Positions 48,017 through 58,757 of a DNA stretch of 64,000 bases are shown here, one piece after another (within the stretch, counting starts at the first letter, position 1; each line of letters begins with the position of its first letter). The translations under genes were made by a program, and so were the position numbers. This stretch comes from Calditrichia bacterium (GTDB lineage Bacteria; Calditrichota; Calditrichia; RBG-13-44-9; J075). The DNA lies in assembly GCA_050633245.1 (NCBI GenBank), contig JBOEGD010000012.1, positions 64,001 through 128,000 on the forward strand, in the 5' to 3' direction. The notes beneath the pieces were generated by a model. That model saw nothing but the letters and a program-made list of their open reading frames with translations, was not told the DNA's origin and did not search any database.

Positions 48017-48661
48017 CTAGAAATCCAGAGAGGTCAGTCCCTCTCTAATAGCATATTTTGTTAATCCGGCAATCGTATCTATTTCCAACTTTTGTTTAAT
48101 GCGCCCGCGATGCGTTTCAACCGTTTTAATGCTCACGAATAACTGTACTGCAATCTCACGCGTAGAGTTCCCTTCAACAAGTAACCTTAAAACCTCTATC
48201 TCACGTGGACTTAAATCCAGGTGGCTTTTTAGATCAACCCGCGATTTACCTGCATCTTTTGAAATGAGCATCCCGGCAATATAGGTGCTCAGGTACAGGT
48301 GGTTCCTCCATACCATGTCTACAGCGCTAAGTAGTTCCTCGAATACAGAATCTTTTAACATAAATCCCTTTGCACCGGCAGAGAGCATCGCCTTGATATC
48401 ACCAAGCGTCGCAGCGTTTGCAAGAGCAATAACCCGCGTATTCATTTTGGCTACCATCTCTCGGGTTATGTTATTGCAATCGACGCCGGAAAGCATCATA
48501 TCGAGAAGTACAATCTTGGGTCTTGTTTCCTGGACGCGCTCAAACAGTCGATTTCCATTTTTGGCTTCCCCGACGATGCGAATCGTATCAGTTTTGCCAA
48601 GAAGTTCTTTCAGACCATCGCGCACGATCTTTTGGCTATCGGTAATAAAAACATCAATCAT
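48017..48661 (-). CDS. NarL/LuxR-family response regulator (no kinase nearby)
   Basis: Start moved to ATG 48661 (GAAGGAG RBS); REC with LLDM and LKD; LSPREIEVL...SIKTVETHR HTH. Confidence 0.93.
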   Translation of the reverse strand: MIDVFITDSQKIVRDGLKELLGKTDTIRIVGEAKNGNRLFERVQETRPKIVLLDMMLSGVDCNNITREMVAKMNTRVIALANAATLGDIKAMLSAGAKGFMLKDSVFEELLSAVDMVWRNHLYLSTYIAGMLISKDAGKSRVDLKSHLDLSPREIEVLRLLVEGNSTREIAVQLFVSIKTVETHRGRIKQKLEIDTIAGLTKYAIREGLTSLDF

Positions 48662-48913
48662 TATGACTCCTTCAATGAACAGGGGCGCTGTTTCATAGAA
48701 TAGATTGCCACAAAGCAACTCAGGAAAAATGGGGGAATCGGAATATCACCCGAAATCGGGAGGGGGGACGCCGAATACAAACCTTTGAAGCATTGCCTAA
48801 AACGGCAAAGCTGAAGAATTCTTGGTCTAAAATCTAAAATCAGGTAAAAGCAAGAATCCAACAGCTTGTTTCATTTCTGTGGGAGACGTATATTTAGGCT
48901 AGGAATAATACGG

Positions 48914-49018
48914 AATACTCCGAGCCGAACTGCCTACGTCTAATAACAGAGATAGGGCACCAGGCCGATAGGGTAATTTGGGAAACGAAATTGCCTTCCG
49001 AACTTGAAAAGGAGTCAT
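48914..49018 (+). ncRNA. Moco RNA motif (molybdenum cofactor riboswitch candidate)
   Basis: ACTCCGAGC...CCTA...GGCCG...GGGT..GAAAC..GCCTTCCG...GAAAAGGAGT pattern; 5' ACTCC pairs with the GGAGT RBS of moaA; boundaries approximate. Confidence 0.85.
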
Positions 49019-49021
49019 CCC

Positions 49022-50056
49022 ATGCCGCTACCGGCTACTGGCGGTCGTATGAACGACCGCATCTCTTCTGATAATATACTAATTGACAATTTCGGAAGAA
49101 AGATAAATTATGTGCGTTTGTCGGTAACCGACAAGTGCAATCTACGCTGTCTTTACTGCATGCCGGAAAAGATGCAGTTTATGCCATCCAACAACTTGCT
49201 CAGCCTGAGTGAAATGGAACGGTTAATTAATTTGCTCGCTGAGTTGGGCATCACCAAAGTTCGCATCACCGGCGGCGAACCTTTTATTCGTTCCGGAATA
49301 ATGGACTTTTTGCGGTCTATTTATAGCATTTCAGGGATAGAGAATGTTCATATTACAACAAATGGCGTATCCACTCTACCCTATGTTGCGCGACTCGCAG
49401 ATCTCGGCATCAGCGGACTCAACCTCAGCCTTGATACGTTGAATGCAGAGAAGTTCTATAAAATGACTCGCCGGGACAAGTTTGCCGAGGTACTGAAATG
49501 CCTGCACGGTATTCTTGAGGCTCAGATTCCACTGAAAGTAAATGCCGTTATCATGGAGAAGTGGAATACCGATGACATTTTGCCAATGGCAGAGTTAACA
49601 CGTCATCACCCCATAGAAATGCGCTATATCGAAGAGATGCCGTTTAATGGAACGGCCAACACACTAGATTCACTCGTCTGGAACCACGAGAAAATTCTGG
49701 CAACACTCACCGAGCATTATCCTGAAATACAGCGCATACCCATGCCGCCACATGCCACGTCTCAGCAGTATAAAATTCCCGGCCATCAGGGCATTGTCGG
49801 CATTATTGCAGGATTTAGCCGCACCTTCTGCGGCACTTGTAACCGCATTCGCGTAACGGCATCTGGTGGGATGCAAACTTGTCTCTATGGGTATGAAACG
49901 TTGAATTTTCGTGATCTCTTTCGAGCCGACCACAGTGACACTGAAGTTCAGCACATGCTGAAAGAACAGATCGGCAAACGCTTTCGCGATGGCATCGCCG
50001 CGCAGCAGCACACCCAAACGTCAACCTCCCGTTCAATGTCCCTCATTGGAGGTTAA
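49022..50056 (+). CDS. moaA: GTP 3',8-cyclase
   Basis: RLSVTDKCNLRCLYCMP, TGGEP, FCGTCNRIR...CL, C-terminal MSLIGG. Confidence 0.97.
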   Translation: MPLPATGGRMNDRISSDNILIDNFGRKINYVRLSVTDKCNLRCLYCMPEKMQFMPSNNLLSLSEMERLINLLAELGITKVRITGGEPFIRSGIMDFLRSIYSISGIENVHITTNGVSTLPYVARLADLGISGLNLSLDTLNAEKFYKMTRRDKFAEVLKCLHGILEAQIPLKVNAVIMEKWNTDDILPMAELTRHHPIEMRYIEEMPFNGTANTLDSLVWNHEKILATLTEHYPEIQRIPMPPHATSQQYKIPGHQGIVGIIAGFSRTFCGTCNRIRVTASGGMQTCLYGYETLNFRDLFRADHSDTEVQHMLKEQIGKRFRDGIAAQQHTQTSTSRSMSLIGG

Positions 50057-50080
50057 GGCCATTACTATCAGGAGAATTCA

Positions 50081-50989
50081 ATGATCGATATCAGCCATAA
50101 GTCTCATACGCTTCGCTACGCCAAGGCTGGAGGTGTATTGCATGCCAGCCCTGAAACGATCCAGCGCGTTCTTAAGCGAACCGTTCCAAAAGGAGAAGTG
50201 CTTGAAGTAGCTCGTGCCGCAGGCATCAATGCTGCAAAGCGGTGTTCAGACTGGATGATTTTCTGCCACACGATGCCGCTGGACTGGATCGAGTTCACGT
50301 TCGATGTAAAAGAAGATCGCATCAATGTATATGCTGAAGCAAAGGCCGTCTGGAAAACCGGCGTCGAGATGGAAGCACTCTCCGGTGTAACCGGAGCCCT
50401 GCTAAACATGTATGACATGCTTAAGCCGATCGACGAAGAATTGTCATTTGGCAATATTCGCCTCATTAAAAAGCGCGGTGGCAAAAGCGATTTTCGCGAT
50501 GGTTTTGCGAAACCAATATCGGCTGCCATTTTGGTTATTTCAGACTCAACCTTTGCAGGAGAGCGCGAAGACAAATCAGGGAAAATCATTCAGGAGTTTC
50601 TTTCAAAGCATCCGGTTGAATGTAGTGTATATGAAGTGCTTCCCGATGAGGCCGATACCATTCAGCAGCGCGTAAAGCAGCTTGTTGACGAAAAACAGAC
50701 TCAACTGGTGCTTACGACAGGGGGCACCGGACTCGGCCCGCGCGATGTTACACCGGACGCAGTAACGCCTCTTATTGAGAAGGAAGTTCCCGGTATCTCC
50801 GAAGCGCTGCGAAACTATGGACAGCAGCGGCTGCCGTATGCCATGCTCTCGCGCCAAATTTGTGGTGTACGGGGAAAAAGCATCATCCTAACGCTCCCCG
50901 GAAGCAGTGGCGGCGCTCGTGATGCGATGCAGGCCCTGTTCCCGGCAATTCTCCACAGCTTCCACATGATGGCGGGAAAAGGGCATTAA
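50081..50989 (+). CDS. moaCB: Bifunctional MoaC/MoaB(MogA)
   Basis: MIDISHK, FCH, TGVEMEAL, YDMLK, GGKS; then DKSG, TTGGTG.GPRDVTP, LPGS. Confidence 0.95.
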   Translation: MIDISHKSHTLRYAKAGGVLHASPETIQRVLKRTVPKGEVLEVARAAGINAAKRCSDWMIFCHTMPLDWIEFTFDVKEDRINVYAEAKAVWKTGVEMEALSGVTGALLNMYDMLKPIDEELSFGNIRLIKKRGGKSDFRDGFAKPISAAILVISDSTFAGEREDKSGKIIQEFLSKHPVECSVYEVLPDEADTIQQRVKQLVDEKQTQLVLTTGGTGLGPRDVTPDAVTPLIEKEVPGISEALRNYGQQRLPYAMLSRQICGVRGKSIILTLPGSSGGARDAMQALFPAILHSFHMMAGKGH

Positions 50990-51076
50990 CGCTGCCTTTT
51001 GCATTTTCACATTGGAATAAAGAGCGAAAGACAGTATTTTCAAATCTATAGTGGCCCCAAAAGACAGGATTGAAAG

Positions 51077-51940
51077 ATGGACTGGTTTCGACGAAAAAAA
51101 GGTATTGAAACAAGCGAGAAGAAGGTAATTCCCGATGGCCTTTGGATTAAGTGTCCAAGCTGCGGAGAAATTACGTATCGCCCTGAGTTGGAAAAACGAA
51201 TGTTCGTTTGCCTGAAGTGCGATCATCACTTCCGCGTTACCAGCAAAGAGTATATTCAATACTATTTCGATGAAGACAGCTTTCAGGAATTACACAAGAA
51301 TGTGACGCCGCAGGATCCTCTTAAGTTCAGAGACCAAAAACGTTACACCGACAGACTAAAAGCTGCGCAAAAAAAGACCGGTTTAAAAGACGCCGTTGTT
51401 GTGGGTAAAGCGAAGGTAGAAGGCCAAAACATTGTCGCTGCAGTAATGGACTTTTCGTTTATCGGCGGCAGTATGGGCTCGGTTGTCGGTGAAAAAATTT
51501 CACGTGCAATCGACTTGGCTCGCGAAACTCGCACGCCGCTGATAATCGTCTCGGCTTCGGGTGGTGCTCGAATGATGGAAAGCGCTATCTCGCTGATGCA
51601 AATGGCGAAAACAAGTGCCAAACTCGCTTTGCTCGATGAAGCAGGCGTTCCGTACATCGCCCTGCTTACCGATCCGACAACCGGTGGAACAACCGCCAGC
51701 TTCGCCATGCTCGGAGATATGAATTTATCCGAACCAGGTGCCCTGATCGGCTTCGCCGGACGCAACGTGATTAAGCAAACCATTCGCCAGGAGCTTCCGG
51801 AAGGATTTCAATCATCCGAATTTGTAAAAGACCACGGCTTCGTTGATGCCATCTTTCACAGACATGATATGCGTGCCTCACTTGCAAATATACTACGCCT
51901 CCTCTGGCCTGAAGGAGCGGCTCAAAAGCCAACAGAATAA
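51077..51940 (+). CDS. accD: Acetyl-CoA carboxylase carboxyltransferase beta subunit
   Basis: WIKCPSC...CLKC, GGSMGSVVGEK, SGGARMME, PTTGGTTASF. Confidence 0.97.
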   Translation: MDWFRRKKGIETSEKKVIPDGLWIKCPSCGEITYRPELEKRMFVCLKCDHHFRVTSKEYIQYYFDEDSFQELHKNVTPQDPLKFRDQKRYTDRLKAAQKKTGLKDAVVVGKAKVEGQNIVAAVMDFSFIGGSMGSVVGEKISRAIDLARETRTPLIIVSASGGARMMESAISLMQMAKTSAKLALLDEAGVPYIALLTDPTTGGTTASFAMLGDMNLSEPGALIGFAGRNVIKQTIRQELPEGFQSSEFVKDHGFVDAIFHRHDMRASLANILRLLWPEGAAQKPTE

Positions 51941-52003
51941 CCCGAGAAATTATTACCCTGCTATATATCATATTTAGCGACGTTCGCTAAGGAGAATTCC
52001 CAA

Positions 52004-52777
52004 ATGAGCAAGAAGCCACTTATTCTCGTCAGTAATGATGACGGTATTCAATCACCGGGAATTCTCGCGCTGGCGCGTGCCATGCAACCTCTTGGGGATA
52101 CGCGTGTTATTGCACCAGACAAAGAACGAAGCGCTGTAGGGCACGCCATTACCATCTCTCATCCATTACGCGCGAAAGAATTTGAACGCGGCGGCAATTT
52201 TTTTGGGCATGCCATCGACGGCACCCCGGCAGATTGTGTGAAGCTTGGCGTTAAGGCAATCCTTGAGCGTGAACCTGATCTTGTTGTTTCAGGCATAAAT
52301 CACGGCGCTAATACAGGCATTAATGTCCACTACTCTGGAACGGTTTCTGCCGCAAAAGAAGGTACGATTCTCGGCATTCCATCTATTGCATTTTCGATGA
52401 CTCATTTTCGCCATTCAACTGACATGAGCGTTGCTGAAGAGGTTGCCACTATTATTGCAGCCAAAGTACTTGAGCATGGTCTGCCGGAAGGGACGGTGTT
52501 AAATGTGAACATCCCTCCGGTTCCGCGTGAAGAAATTCGCGGTATCAAAATTACCGAACAGGGAAAGGGACGTTTCGAGGAAGCCTTCGAAAAACGTATC
52601 GACCCGATGAATCGCACCTATTACTGGCTAGGTGGCTCAAAATTAACGCTCGATACCGATGAAAAGATGGACGATGTTGCAACTACAAACTCATATGTCT
52701 CTGTAACTCCGCTACATTATGACTTAACCCACCGCAAAATGATTCCGACACTTGAAAAGTGGAATCTAAGTTTTTAG
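52004..52777 (+). CDS. surE: 5'/3'-nucleotidase SurE
   Basis: SNDDG, GTPADCV, SGINHGAN, YSGTV. Confidence 0.97.
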   Translation: MSKKPLILVSNDDGIQSPGILALARAMQPLGDTRVIAPDKERSAVGHAITISHPLRAKEFERGGNFFGHAIDGTPADCVKLGVKAILEREPDLVVSGINHGANTGINVHYSGTVSAAKEGTILGIPSIAFSMTHFRHSTDMSVAEEVATIIAAKVLEHGLPEGTVLNVNIPPVPREEIRGIKITEQGKGRFEEAFEKRIDPMNRTYYWLGGSKLTLDTDEKMDDVATTNSYVSVTPLHYDLTHRKMIPTLEKWNLSF

Positions 52778-52853
52778 GTTGTCCGCGTGCTGACACGCGC
52801 TGCCCCATTCTATACAAAAAACTGTTTTCAACTTATAAAAATGAACGGACATC

Positions 52854-54386
52854 ATGGAGAAAGTATTAATTCTTGATTTCGGCTCCCAATATACAAAACT
52901 CATTGCCAGAAAAGTTCGCGAGCTGAATGTCTTCTCGGAAATTCATCCCTATAGCTATAGCTATGAAAAACTTCAGGAAGACAGTGATATTAAGGCAATT
53001 ATCCTTTCCGGTGGCCCATCCAGTGTTTATGCTGACGATGCCCCACACTGTGATTCTCGCATATTTGACTTAGATGTTCCAATACTGGGAATTTGTTACG
53101 GACTGCAACATCTTGCTTATTCTCTGAACGGTAAGGTTGTTCCGGCAGCCAGCCGCGAGTACGGCCGTGCTCACGTGCAAATTACCAGTGAGACCACCCT
53201 GCTAAAAGGCCTTGATGAAACTCAGGTCTGGATGAGTCATGGTGACCATCTCACTCAGCTTCCAGAAGGTTTTGAAGCTGTGGCCAAAACCGAGAACGCC
53301 CCAATCGCGGCAATTCAACACACATCAAAACAAATATATGGCATTCAATTTCATCCTGAAGTCCATCATACGATCGACGGCAAAAAAGTATTGCACAATT
53401 TTCTCTTTGCAATAAGCAAGATGAAAGGCGACTGGTCGCCGCAATCCTTTATCAGTAGCGCGATCGATACAATTCGCGAAACGGTTGGAGACAAACGCGT
53501 TCTTTGTGGCCTAAGCGGTGGTGTCGATTCCAGTGTTGCCGCAGTGCTCATTCATAAAGCTATTGGAGATCAGCTGCACTGCATGTTTGTCGATACCGGT
53601 ATGATGCGCCATAATGAAGCAGAAGAAGTAGGCAATTTATTCAGCCAAAAATTGGGCCTGAATTTGACCTTTGTCACGGCGTCGGATATTTTCCTTTCTA
53701 GATTGAAGGACGTTGCAGATCCTGAACAGAAACGCAAGATAATTGGAAAAACATTTATCGACGTTTTTGAAGAAGAAGCACGTAAACTGGGGACATTCCA
53801 CTTTCTTGCTCAAGGCACACTTTATCCCGACGTAATCGAAAGCGTTTCATTTAAGGGACCTTCTGTGACCATAAAGTCGCATCACAATGTGGGTGGCTTA
53901 CCCGAGCGCATGGACTTTGCACTACTGGAACCCTTTCGGGAATTATTTAAGGATGAGGTTCGAGCCGTTGGCCGAGAGTTGGGATTACCGGATAAAATAA
54001 TTGGACGTCATCCTTTCCCTGGCCCTGGCCTGGCAGTAAGAATGCCCGGCACTATAACGCGCCCCAGATTGAAAATTCTACAGAAAGCAGATAAAATATA
54101 TATTGATGCGCTAAAAAAAGCCGATTTATATGATAAGATTTGGCAGGCTTTCTGCGTATTGCTTCCAGTGCAAACTGTCGGCGTAATGGGAGACGAAAGA
54201 ACGTATGAGTATGTCGCCGCTCTCAGAGCAGTTACCAGTACCGACGGAATGACGGCAGACTGGTATCCATTGCCTTATGATTTTCTGGCAGATGTATCTA
54301 ATCGAATAATAAATGAAGTTAAAGGTATAAATCGCGTGGTTTATGACGTAAGCTCAAAACCACCAGCTACCATTGAATGGGAGTAA
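52854..54386 (+). CDS. guaA: GMP synthase (glutamine-hydrolysing)
   Basis: [40 protein letters not shown]. Confidence 0.98.
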   Translation: MEKVLILDFGSQYTKLIARKVRELNVFSEIHPYSYSYEKLQEDSDIKAIILSGGPSSVYADDAPHCDSRIFDLDVPILGICYGLQHLAYSLNGKVVPAASREYGRAHVQITSETTLLKGLDETQVWMSHGDHLTQLPEGFEAVAKTENAPIAAIQHTSKQIYGIQFHPEVHHTIDGKKVLHNFLFAISKMKGDWSPQSFISSAIDTIRETVGDKRVLCGLSGGVDSSVAAVLIHKAIGDQLHCMFVDTGMMRHNEAEEVGNLFSQKLGLNLTFVTASDIFLSRLKDVADPEQKRKIIGKTFIDVFEEEARKLGTFHFLAQGTLYPDVIESVSFKGPSVTIKSHHNVGGLPERMDFALLEPFRELFKDEVRAVGRELGLPDKIIGRHPFPGPGLAVRMPGTITRPRLKILQKADKIYIDALKKADLYDKIWQAFCVLLPVQTVGVMGDERTYEYVAALRAVTSTDGMTADWYPLPYDFLADVSNRIINEVKGINRVVYDVSSKPPATIEWE

Positions 54387-54404
54387 TGAAAGGAGCAAAC
54401 AATT

Positions 54405-56237
54405 ATGTGTGGAATCGTTGGCTATCTTGGCAAACGTGACGCCTATCCGATCCTTATCAGCGGACTAAAGCGCCTCGAGTACCGTGGCTATGACTCTGCC
54501 GGGGTCGCTCTGGCTGAAAACGGACATATTCAAGTTGAAAAGCACGTCGGTAAAATTGCAAATCTCGAAAGGTCTATTGAGGGAAAAACCCTTACAGGCT
54601 CGCTGGGGATTGCACATACCCGTTGGGCAACCCATGGTGAACCCAACACACCAAATGCGCACCCGCATACGGATTCCAATGGCGACATTGTATTAGTCCA
54701 CAATGGTATTATTGAGAACTATTCTACCCTGCGCAAAATGTTGATGGATAAGGGACATGTATTCCATACGGATACAGATACCGAGATCATCGCTCACCTG
54801 ATTGAAGAGATTTACAAAACAGCAGATTCATTTGAAGATGCTTTCCGTGCCGCCCTTTCAGAAATGGAAGGAACGTATGGAATGGTGCTTGTAACAAAGC
54901 ATGATCCGCGCAAGCTCTACACTGCAAGAAAAGGCAGCCCGCTGGTAATTGGTATTGGTGAGAACGAATATTTGGTTGCCTCCGACGCATCTGCAATTAT
55001 CGCACATACTCGCGATGTTATTTATCTGGAAGACGGCGAGATCGCTATAATTAGCGAAGATGGCTATGTTACAAAAACAATTGAGAATGAAACGATTGAG
55101 AAGCAGATTGAGCGCGTTACATTCGATCTTGCTCAAATCGAAAAGGCCGGTTACGACCACTTCATGTTGAAAGAGATTTATGAGCAGCCACGTACTGTTG
55201 CAGACTGTATGCGCGGCCGCTTGATTGATGAAGAAGGCGTTGCCAAACTCGGTGGTCTGGACAAGATTTTACACAATGTGCTACGCTCCCGCAAAATCAT
55301 CATTACTGCCTGCGGAACCAGCTATCATGCCGGCCTTATCGGGGAATACATGCTGGAAGAATATTCTCGCATACCGGTAGAGGTTGAATATGCCTCGGAA
55401 TTCCGCTATCGCGATCCGATTGTCGACGACGACACCCTCGGTATTGTTATCAGCCAGTCTGGCGAAACGGCAGATACCCTCGCAGCACTTCGCGAAGCCA
55501 AGCGCAAAGGTGCAACCGTAATGGGACTGGTAAATGTGGTAGGCTCTACAATTGCCCGTGAAACGGACGGCGGGACCTATCTGCATGCCGGGCCGGAAAT
55601 CGGCGTAGCCTCAACCAAAGCCTTTACCTCTCAGGTTACATCATTGGCATTGCTCAACGTGATGATCGCACGAACCCGCACGATGTCTGCTGAAATGGGT
55701 CGACGCATTATTCAGGAAATGCATGCCCTGCCCGAAAAGGTGGAGCAAGCCTTGAAGTGTGACGCACTCGTTCAGGAAATTGCTGCAGAGTTTAAAGACA
55801 AGTCCAACTTCCTTTATCTGGGACGTGGCTATAATTATCCTGTTGCCCTCGAAGGTGCTCTGAAGCTGAAAGAGATTTCCTATATTCATGCAGAGGGATA
55901 TCCGGCAGCAGAAATGAAGCACGGACCGATTGCGCTTATCGATGAGGACATGCCGGTTGTTGTTATCGCAACGCAAGACAGCACCTATGATAAGATTATC
56001 AGCAACATTCAGGAAGTAAAGGCGCGCAAAGGTCGTGTTATTGCCGTTGTTTCGGAAGGCGACACCAAGTTGAAGGATGAAGTGGATTATACCATTCCAA
56101 TTCCGACAACGTTCAACTTCCTGCAGCCGATTATTTCTATTGTTCCGCTACAGCTGCTCTCCTATCACATCGCGGTTATGCGCGGATGTAATGTGGATCA
56201 GCCGCGTAACCTGGCCAAAAGCGTTACGGTTGAGTAA
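54405..56237 (+). CDS. glmS: Glutamine-fructose-6-phosphate aminotransferase
   Basis: MCGIVG, LEYRGYDSAG, HTRWATHG, SQSGETADT, PRNLAKSVTVE. Confidence 0.98.
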   Translation: MCGIVGYLGKRDAYPILISGLKRLEYRGYDSAGVALAENGHIQVEKHVGKIANLERSIEGKTLTGSLGIAHTRWATHGEPNTPNAHPHTDSNGDIVLVHNGIIENYSTLRKMLMDKGHVFHTDTDTEIIAHLIEEIYKTADSFEDAFRAALSEMEGTYGMVLVTKHDPRKLYTARKGSPLVIGIGENEYLVASDASAIIAHTRDVIYLEDGEIAIISEDGYVTKTIENETIEKQIERVTFDLAQIEKAGYDHFMLKEIYEQPRTVADCMRGRLIDEEGVAKLGGLDKILHNVLRSRKIIITACGTSYHAGLIGEYMLEEYSRIPVEVEYASEFRYRDPIVDDDTLGIVISQSGETADTLAALREAKRKGATVMGLVNVVGSTIARETDGGTYLHAGPEIGVASTKAFTSQVTSLALLNVMIARTRTMSAEMGRRIIQEMHALPEKVEQALKCDALVQEIAAEFKDKSNFLYLGRGYNYPVALEGALKLKEISYIHAEGYPAAEMKHGPIALIDEDMPVVVIATQDSTYDKIISNIQEVKARKGRVIAVVSEGDTKLKDEVDYTIPIPTTFNFLQPIISIVPLQLLSYHIAVMRGCNVDQPRNLAKSVTVE

Positions 56238-56264
56238 TCTTTCTGACACATAAAGACATTAAAT

Positions 56265-56296
56265 CAAAAGAGGCTCCGCATGCGGAGCCTCTTTTG
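56265..56296. terminator. Bidirectional intrinsic terminator
   Basis: Perfect palindrome CAAAAGAGGCTCCGCATGCGGAGCCTCTTTTG between convergent glmS and mscS. Confidence 0.9.
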
Positions 56297-56303
56297 TTAG
56301 TAA

Positions 56304-57122
56304 TTAATATGCTTTATGCAAATGCACATCGCGCTGTGGAAACGGTATCGAAATCCCTTCCTGATCGAAAACCAGCTTAACCTTTTCGTGCATATCAAAA
56401 TAGATTCCCCAATAATCACCAGCTGCACTCCAGACACGAACAGTAAGGTTTACCGAGTTATCTGCGAGAGCCCCTACCACAACCTGCGATTCAGGGGCCT
56501 TCATGATGCGTTGATCTTCCAGAATCAAACGCTGCAGAATAGCCTTTGCTTTGGAGATATCATCTCCATATCCAATTCCAAAAACCATATCAACACGACG
56601 TGTCGGTTCAGTGGAATAATTGATCATGCTACCATTAGAGAGTGCTCCGTTCGGAATAATAATCGTTTTATTATCAGGCGTCTTCAGCACAGTATTAAAA
56701 ATCTGAATCTCGTTTACAGTTCCTTTGTGCCCCTGAGCTTCAAGAAAATCGCCAATTTTGAACGGTTTAAAAATCAAGATGAGCACACCGCCGGCGAAAT
56801 TAGCCAGGCTTCCCTGAAGTGCCAGTCCAATGGCCAGACCTGCTGCACCGAGTATTGCAATAAACGATGTTGTCTCGATGCCAATCATCGATGCAACGCT
56901 GATGAGCAGTAGTAACTTTAACCCCATCCGGGCCAGACTCAGCAAAAAGCGCTGAAGCGAAATATCGGCCTCGGCAAAAGACATCGAGCGATCCAGAGCG
57001 GAAATTATCCACTTGATTATCTGTAGACCGATAATTAATGTTAGCAGCGCAAGACCAACTTTAGGTAAATACCCGATCGCCAACCGAATCGCTTCATCAT
57101 AATACATCTGTATTTGTTCCAT
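56304..57122 (-). CDS. mscS: Small-conductance mechanosensitive channel
   Basis: LGAAGLAIGLALQGSLANFAGG, PFKIGD, IPFPQRDVH. Confidence 0.95.
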   Translation of the reverse strand: MEQIQMYYDEAIRLAIGYLPKVGLALLTLIIGLQIIKWIISALDRSMSFAEADISLQRFLLSLARMGLKLLLLISVASMIGIETTSFIAILGAAGLAIGLALQGSLANFAGGVLILIFKPFKIGDFLEAQGHKGTVNEIQIFNTVLKTPDNKTIIIPNGALSNGSMINYSTEPTRRVDMVFGIGYGDDISKAKAILQRLILEDQRIMKAPESQVVVGALADNSVNLTVRVWSAAGDYWGIYFDMHEKVKLVFDQEGISIPFPQRDVHLHKAY

Positions 57123-57154
57123 ATTATTCTCCTGAAAATACCTTAAAAATATAA

Positions 57155-58213
57155 TTATTGTCTGAAGTCCATTTTTGGCGTAACGCGTTTGATAAAGGCT
57201 GCCAACAACTTGGCCGTATTCTCTACGTCTACCAATGAGACCATCTCTGATGGCGTGTGCATGTAACGAAGCGGAACACTAATTAACGCCGTTGCCACAC
57301 CAGAGCGCGTTAACTGAATGGCATTAGCATCCGTCGGAGTTCCTCCGGCAGTAGCCTCTAGTTGATACGGTATTTTTTCTTTCTTTGCTGCTTCAATCAG
57401 TATTTCAACAACCTTGTGATTGGAGTTGGCACCACGGGTAATTACCGGCCCCTTACCAAGAAAAATTTCGCCTTCCTTTACTTTAGAGACCTCGGGATGA
57501 TCGGTAGCATGGGTTACATCCACAGCCAAGCCAATGTCAGGATCGACACTGAAGGCGCTCGTGCGTGCTCCACGAAGACCAATTTCTTCCTGAACTGTTG
57601 CAACACTGAAAACAGAAGCTTTTAGTTTCACATCTTTCAAAAGACGCAGCGCCTCGGCAACGGCAAATGCACCAACTTTGTTGTCAAATGCGCGTGAAGA
57701 AGCAACCTCATCTGTAATCGCCTGAAACTCCACATCATAAACAACCGGATCTCCAATGCGAACCTTCTTCAGCACTTCTTCCTTCGACGATGCACCGATG
57801 TCTATCCATAAATTTTGAATTTGCGGTACTCGCTTACGCTCTTCAGGCGTCATTAGATGAATCGCTTTTTTACCGGTAACGCCACGTACCGTTCCGCTCT
57901 GAGTATGAATCACCACTCGCCGACCGGGAATCATAGACAGATCGTGCCCACCGATCGTTGAAAAATAGATAAAGCCGTTTGCGTCAACGTATTTCACAAT
58001 GAAGCCCAACTCGTCGCAGTGACCGGCTAACATAATGCGCGGACTGGCTTCACCATTTAAAACAGCAATGCTATTTCCATGATAATCGTGCTCGACTGCA
58101 TCAGCAAACTCATTGGTATAACCACGCCAAACTTTCTGAGCAGCGCTCTCAAATCCAGACGGGCTCGGTGCCGCAATCAATGACTTCAAAAAATCCAAGG
58201 ACTTCTTTCTCAT
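57155..58213 (-). CDS. M42-family metallopeptidase
   Basis: PSGFE, GHCDELG, AFDNK, QEEIGLRGA, DVTHA, RYMHTPSE. Confidence 0.95.
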   Translation of the reverse strand: MRKKSLDFLKSLIAAPSPSGFESAAQKVWRGYTNEFADAVEHDYHGNSIAVLNGEASPRIMLAGHCDELGFIVKYVDANGFIYFSTIGGHDLSMIPGRRVVIHTQSGTVRGVTGKKAIHLMTPEERKRVPQIQNLWIDIGASSKEEVLKKVRIGDPVVYDVEFQAITDEVASSRAFDNKVGAFAVAEALRLLKDVKLKASVFSVATVQEEIGLRGARTSAFSVDPDIGLAVDVTHATDHPEVSKVKEGEIFLGKGPVITRGANSNHKVVEILIEAAKKEKIPYQLEATAGGTPTDANAIQLTRSGVATALISVPLRYMHTPSEMVSLVDVENTAKLLAAFIKRVTPKMDFRQ

Positions 58214-58326
58214 GTGTTACTCCCTCTGAGTAGGTGCTTTGATAGTGATAAGACATTAAATATACGATGTGAATAGTGCCCGGACATCACTAAAAATGGA
58301 AGTTTGTTCAAATTGAAGTATATACT

Positions 58327-58380
58327 GCCTTCGACAGGCTCAGGCAACAGATCCTTCCGTCGGCTGAGCTTGTCGAAGCC
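58327..58380. repeat. REP-like palindromic element
   Basis: CCTTCGACAGGCTCAG...CTGAGCTTGTCGAAGCC inverted arms. Confidence 0.7.
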
Positions 58381-58505
58381 GTTGCGATAATTCGGAAAGC
58401 TATAGAGATTAGACCACAACCCGGTTTATTCGAAACAATTCAATCAAGAATTGACTGACATCAATAATTTTAATTATTACGTTTTTGAAAATAAGGAGAG
58501 TAGAT

Positions 58506-58750
58506 ATGGCGAGCATAACTGTTGGAAAGCTTCCGGAAGAAATCAAAGAAAAGCTACGCATTTTGGCTGCTAAAAATGGGATGTCTCTTGAGGCATTTCT
58601 GTGCGATGTTTTCAAGAGGTTGCCAATTCAGCTACATCTCCAGACATCGTAGCGCTTACAGCTAATTCCTTTGGTAAAAAACACGGTATTGATCTGGAAA
58701 TTTCTTCCATGCGGTCGAAGCGAAAACCAATACGATTTGAAGAATGCTAA
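58506..58750 (+). pseudogene. Frameshifted FitA/VapB-like ribbon-helix-helix antitoxin
   Basis: AAGGAGAG RBS; MASITVGKLPEEIKEKLRILAAKNGMSLEAFLCDV; this frame stops at 58652, but a shifted frame from the TTTT near 58609-58612 gives ...FGKKHGIDLEI...KPIRF to 58750; no toxin gene follows. Confidence 0.65.
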
Positions 58751-58757
58751 TGCGATT

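Noticed and set aside
50081-50989. MoaC-MoaB fusion as a novelty
   Set aside because: Known bifunctional arrangement
54387-54404. glmS ribozyme
   Set aside because: Only 18 nt separate guaA and glmS
56316-56912. 198-aa plus-strand ORF
   Set aside because: Antisense to a clear mscS and has no recognisable motifs
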